Positions 63,045 to 64,000 of a stretch of 64,000 nucleotides of DNA are shown here, one piece after another. The translations under genes and the position numbers were made by a program. Below the pieces are notes generated by a model. That model worked only from the letters and a program-made list of their open reading frames with translations. It did no database searches and had not been told where the DNA came from. Source of the DNA: Longimicrobiales bacterium. GTDB lineage: Bacteria; Gemmatimonadota; Gemmatimonadetes; Longimicrobiales; Gaopeijiaceae. The DNA is taken from contig CBDDCX010000008.1 in assembly GCA_965226375.1 (NCBI GenBank), positions 1,760,001 to 1,824,000 on the forward strand, given 5' to 3'. Position 1 is the first letter of the stretch, and each line of letters begins with the position of its first letter.

Positions 63045-64000
63045 CTAGTTGCGGGTTCGCGCCTGATACTCCGGGCCGTTCTCCCAGTCCTGGGCGCTCG
63101 AGATGTTCGGCTGGCCCCAGTCGAGGCCGTTCCAACCATTGAACCCCTCCATACGGAAGGCCCAGAACCCGGTTACCATGTCTGACACGACGATCAGGCC
63201 ATCCGCATTGCGTACGTCCGTGCCCCACGCCCCGCTCATCACTCCCTCATCTTCACCTTCCAGGTAGGTATCGTAGTGGGCGATGGTCCGGGGCTTCTTG
63301 GGATCCTGCATGCTGAAGACTTGCAGGCCATCCAGGTAGCCGGATACGAATACGAACGGCCAGCGAACCTCGTGGTTGTGCACCAGGTGCTCCCAGTCGG
63401 CGGTCCACGCCGAGATGGGGTTGCGTATGTTGGAGACCTCTCCATCCAGAGCCGGCTTCAGATCGAACATCCGGAGCGGCGCATACTGGTACTCGGCTTC
63501 CGCAATGACGTATCTACCGTCGGGCGAGGGCGTGAAGGTATGTCCCCACTCGATGCCGTTGATCCCGGTCAGGCTGACCAAGAGCTCGGGATTCTCCAGG
63601 TCGGTAACGTTGAACACGTAGTATCCGCCCGTCCCACCACCATAGAAGCGGTCCTGCTCGCTATCCGCGTGGTACCCCGTGTAAAAGTCGTGGTAGCTCT
63701 GGGCGTTCTCTCCGGGGACCGGAACCCGCGCAACCAGCCGTTCGTCGTCTCGCCCTGCCAGTACGTACCCCAAGTCGTACACGTGGGCGGCCGGCGTAGT
63801 CGTGGTGGCAAAGAGCAGGGCCCGCCCGTTGCTGTGCCGGTAGGTGAAGATGTTGTGGAAGCCCCCGAGCTCTTCCGGCCCCTGAATGCGAGCCACCTCT
63901 CTGAACGTGGACACGTCGGGGAGCCCCGTGACGTCGAAAATGATGGCGCCGAGATCATAATCCGGACCACCCTGGCGGAACTGGACCGAAAGGATGATGT
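63045..64000 (-). CDS. LVIVD-repeat beta-propeller protein, paralogue 3 (5' end outside window)
   Basis: Frame open to window edge; same motifs and C-terminus QARTRN. Confidence 0.78.
   Translation of the reverse strand, partial: IILSVQFRQGGPDYDLGAIIFDVTGLPDVSTFREVARIQGPEELGGFHNIFTYRHSNGRALLFATTTTPAAHVYDLGYVLAGRDDERLVARVPVPGENAQSYHDFYTGYHADSEQDRFYGGGTGGYYVFNVTDLENPELLVSLTGINGIEWGHTFTPSPDGRYVIAEAEYQYAPLRMFDLKPALDGEVSNIRNPISAWTADWEHLVHNHEVRWPFVFVSGYLDGLQVFSMQDPKKPRTIAHYDTYLEGEDEGVMSGAWGTDVRNADGLIVVSDMVTGFWAFRMEGFNGWNGLDWGQPNISSAQDWENGPEYQARTRN

Noticed and set aside
5546..63185. Long antisense/alternate-frame ORFs (e.g. 5546-6820, 12871-14151, 24443-26032, 36867-38261, 41663-43348)
   Set aside because: They shadow well-supported genes; expected in high-GC DNA; no motifs.

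Overview
GC-rich bacterial window; the gene set (purB-purC-psd-pssA-purSQL-purF order, SusC/SusD, NfeD-FloA, many secreted propeller proteins) suggests Gemmatimonadota (inference, not verified). 1-12.4 kb is housekeeping (truA, fsa/tal, HtrA protease, purine operon with psd/pssA, add). 12.4-21.4 kb holds a frameshifted surface lipoprotein, a class C group II intron interrupted by an IS256-family element, and about 2.5 kb of scrambled intron/IS sequence that looks like a consensus artefact. 21.9-48 kb has transporters, acnA, nfeD-floA, FG-GAP and choice-of-anchor B proteins, a trypsin-like protease followed by a stand-alone copy of its own N-terminal domain, an S9 peptidase, a cyclophilin and a c-type cytochrome split by an IS3-family element. 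Two matching 1567-bp IS3-family elements sit in opposite orientation with non-matching flanks. 51-64 kb is a co-oriented minus-strand locus: three close His-rich LVIVD-type paralogues, an outer-membrane barrel, SusC/SusD, PnuC and a cupin, with an intact copy of the group II intron inserted after the susD terminator and a 168-bp MITE at the end. Several frameshifts are +1 in G/C homopolymers and may be sequencing errors. No CRISPR, rRNA or tRNA found. All calls are from reading the sequence; no searches were run.
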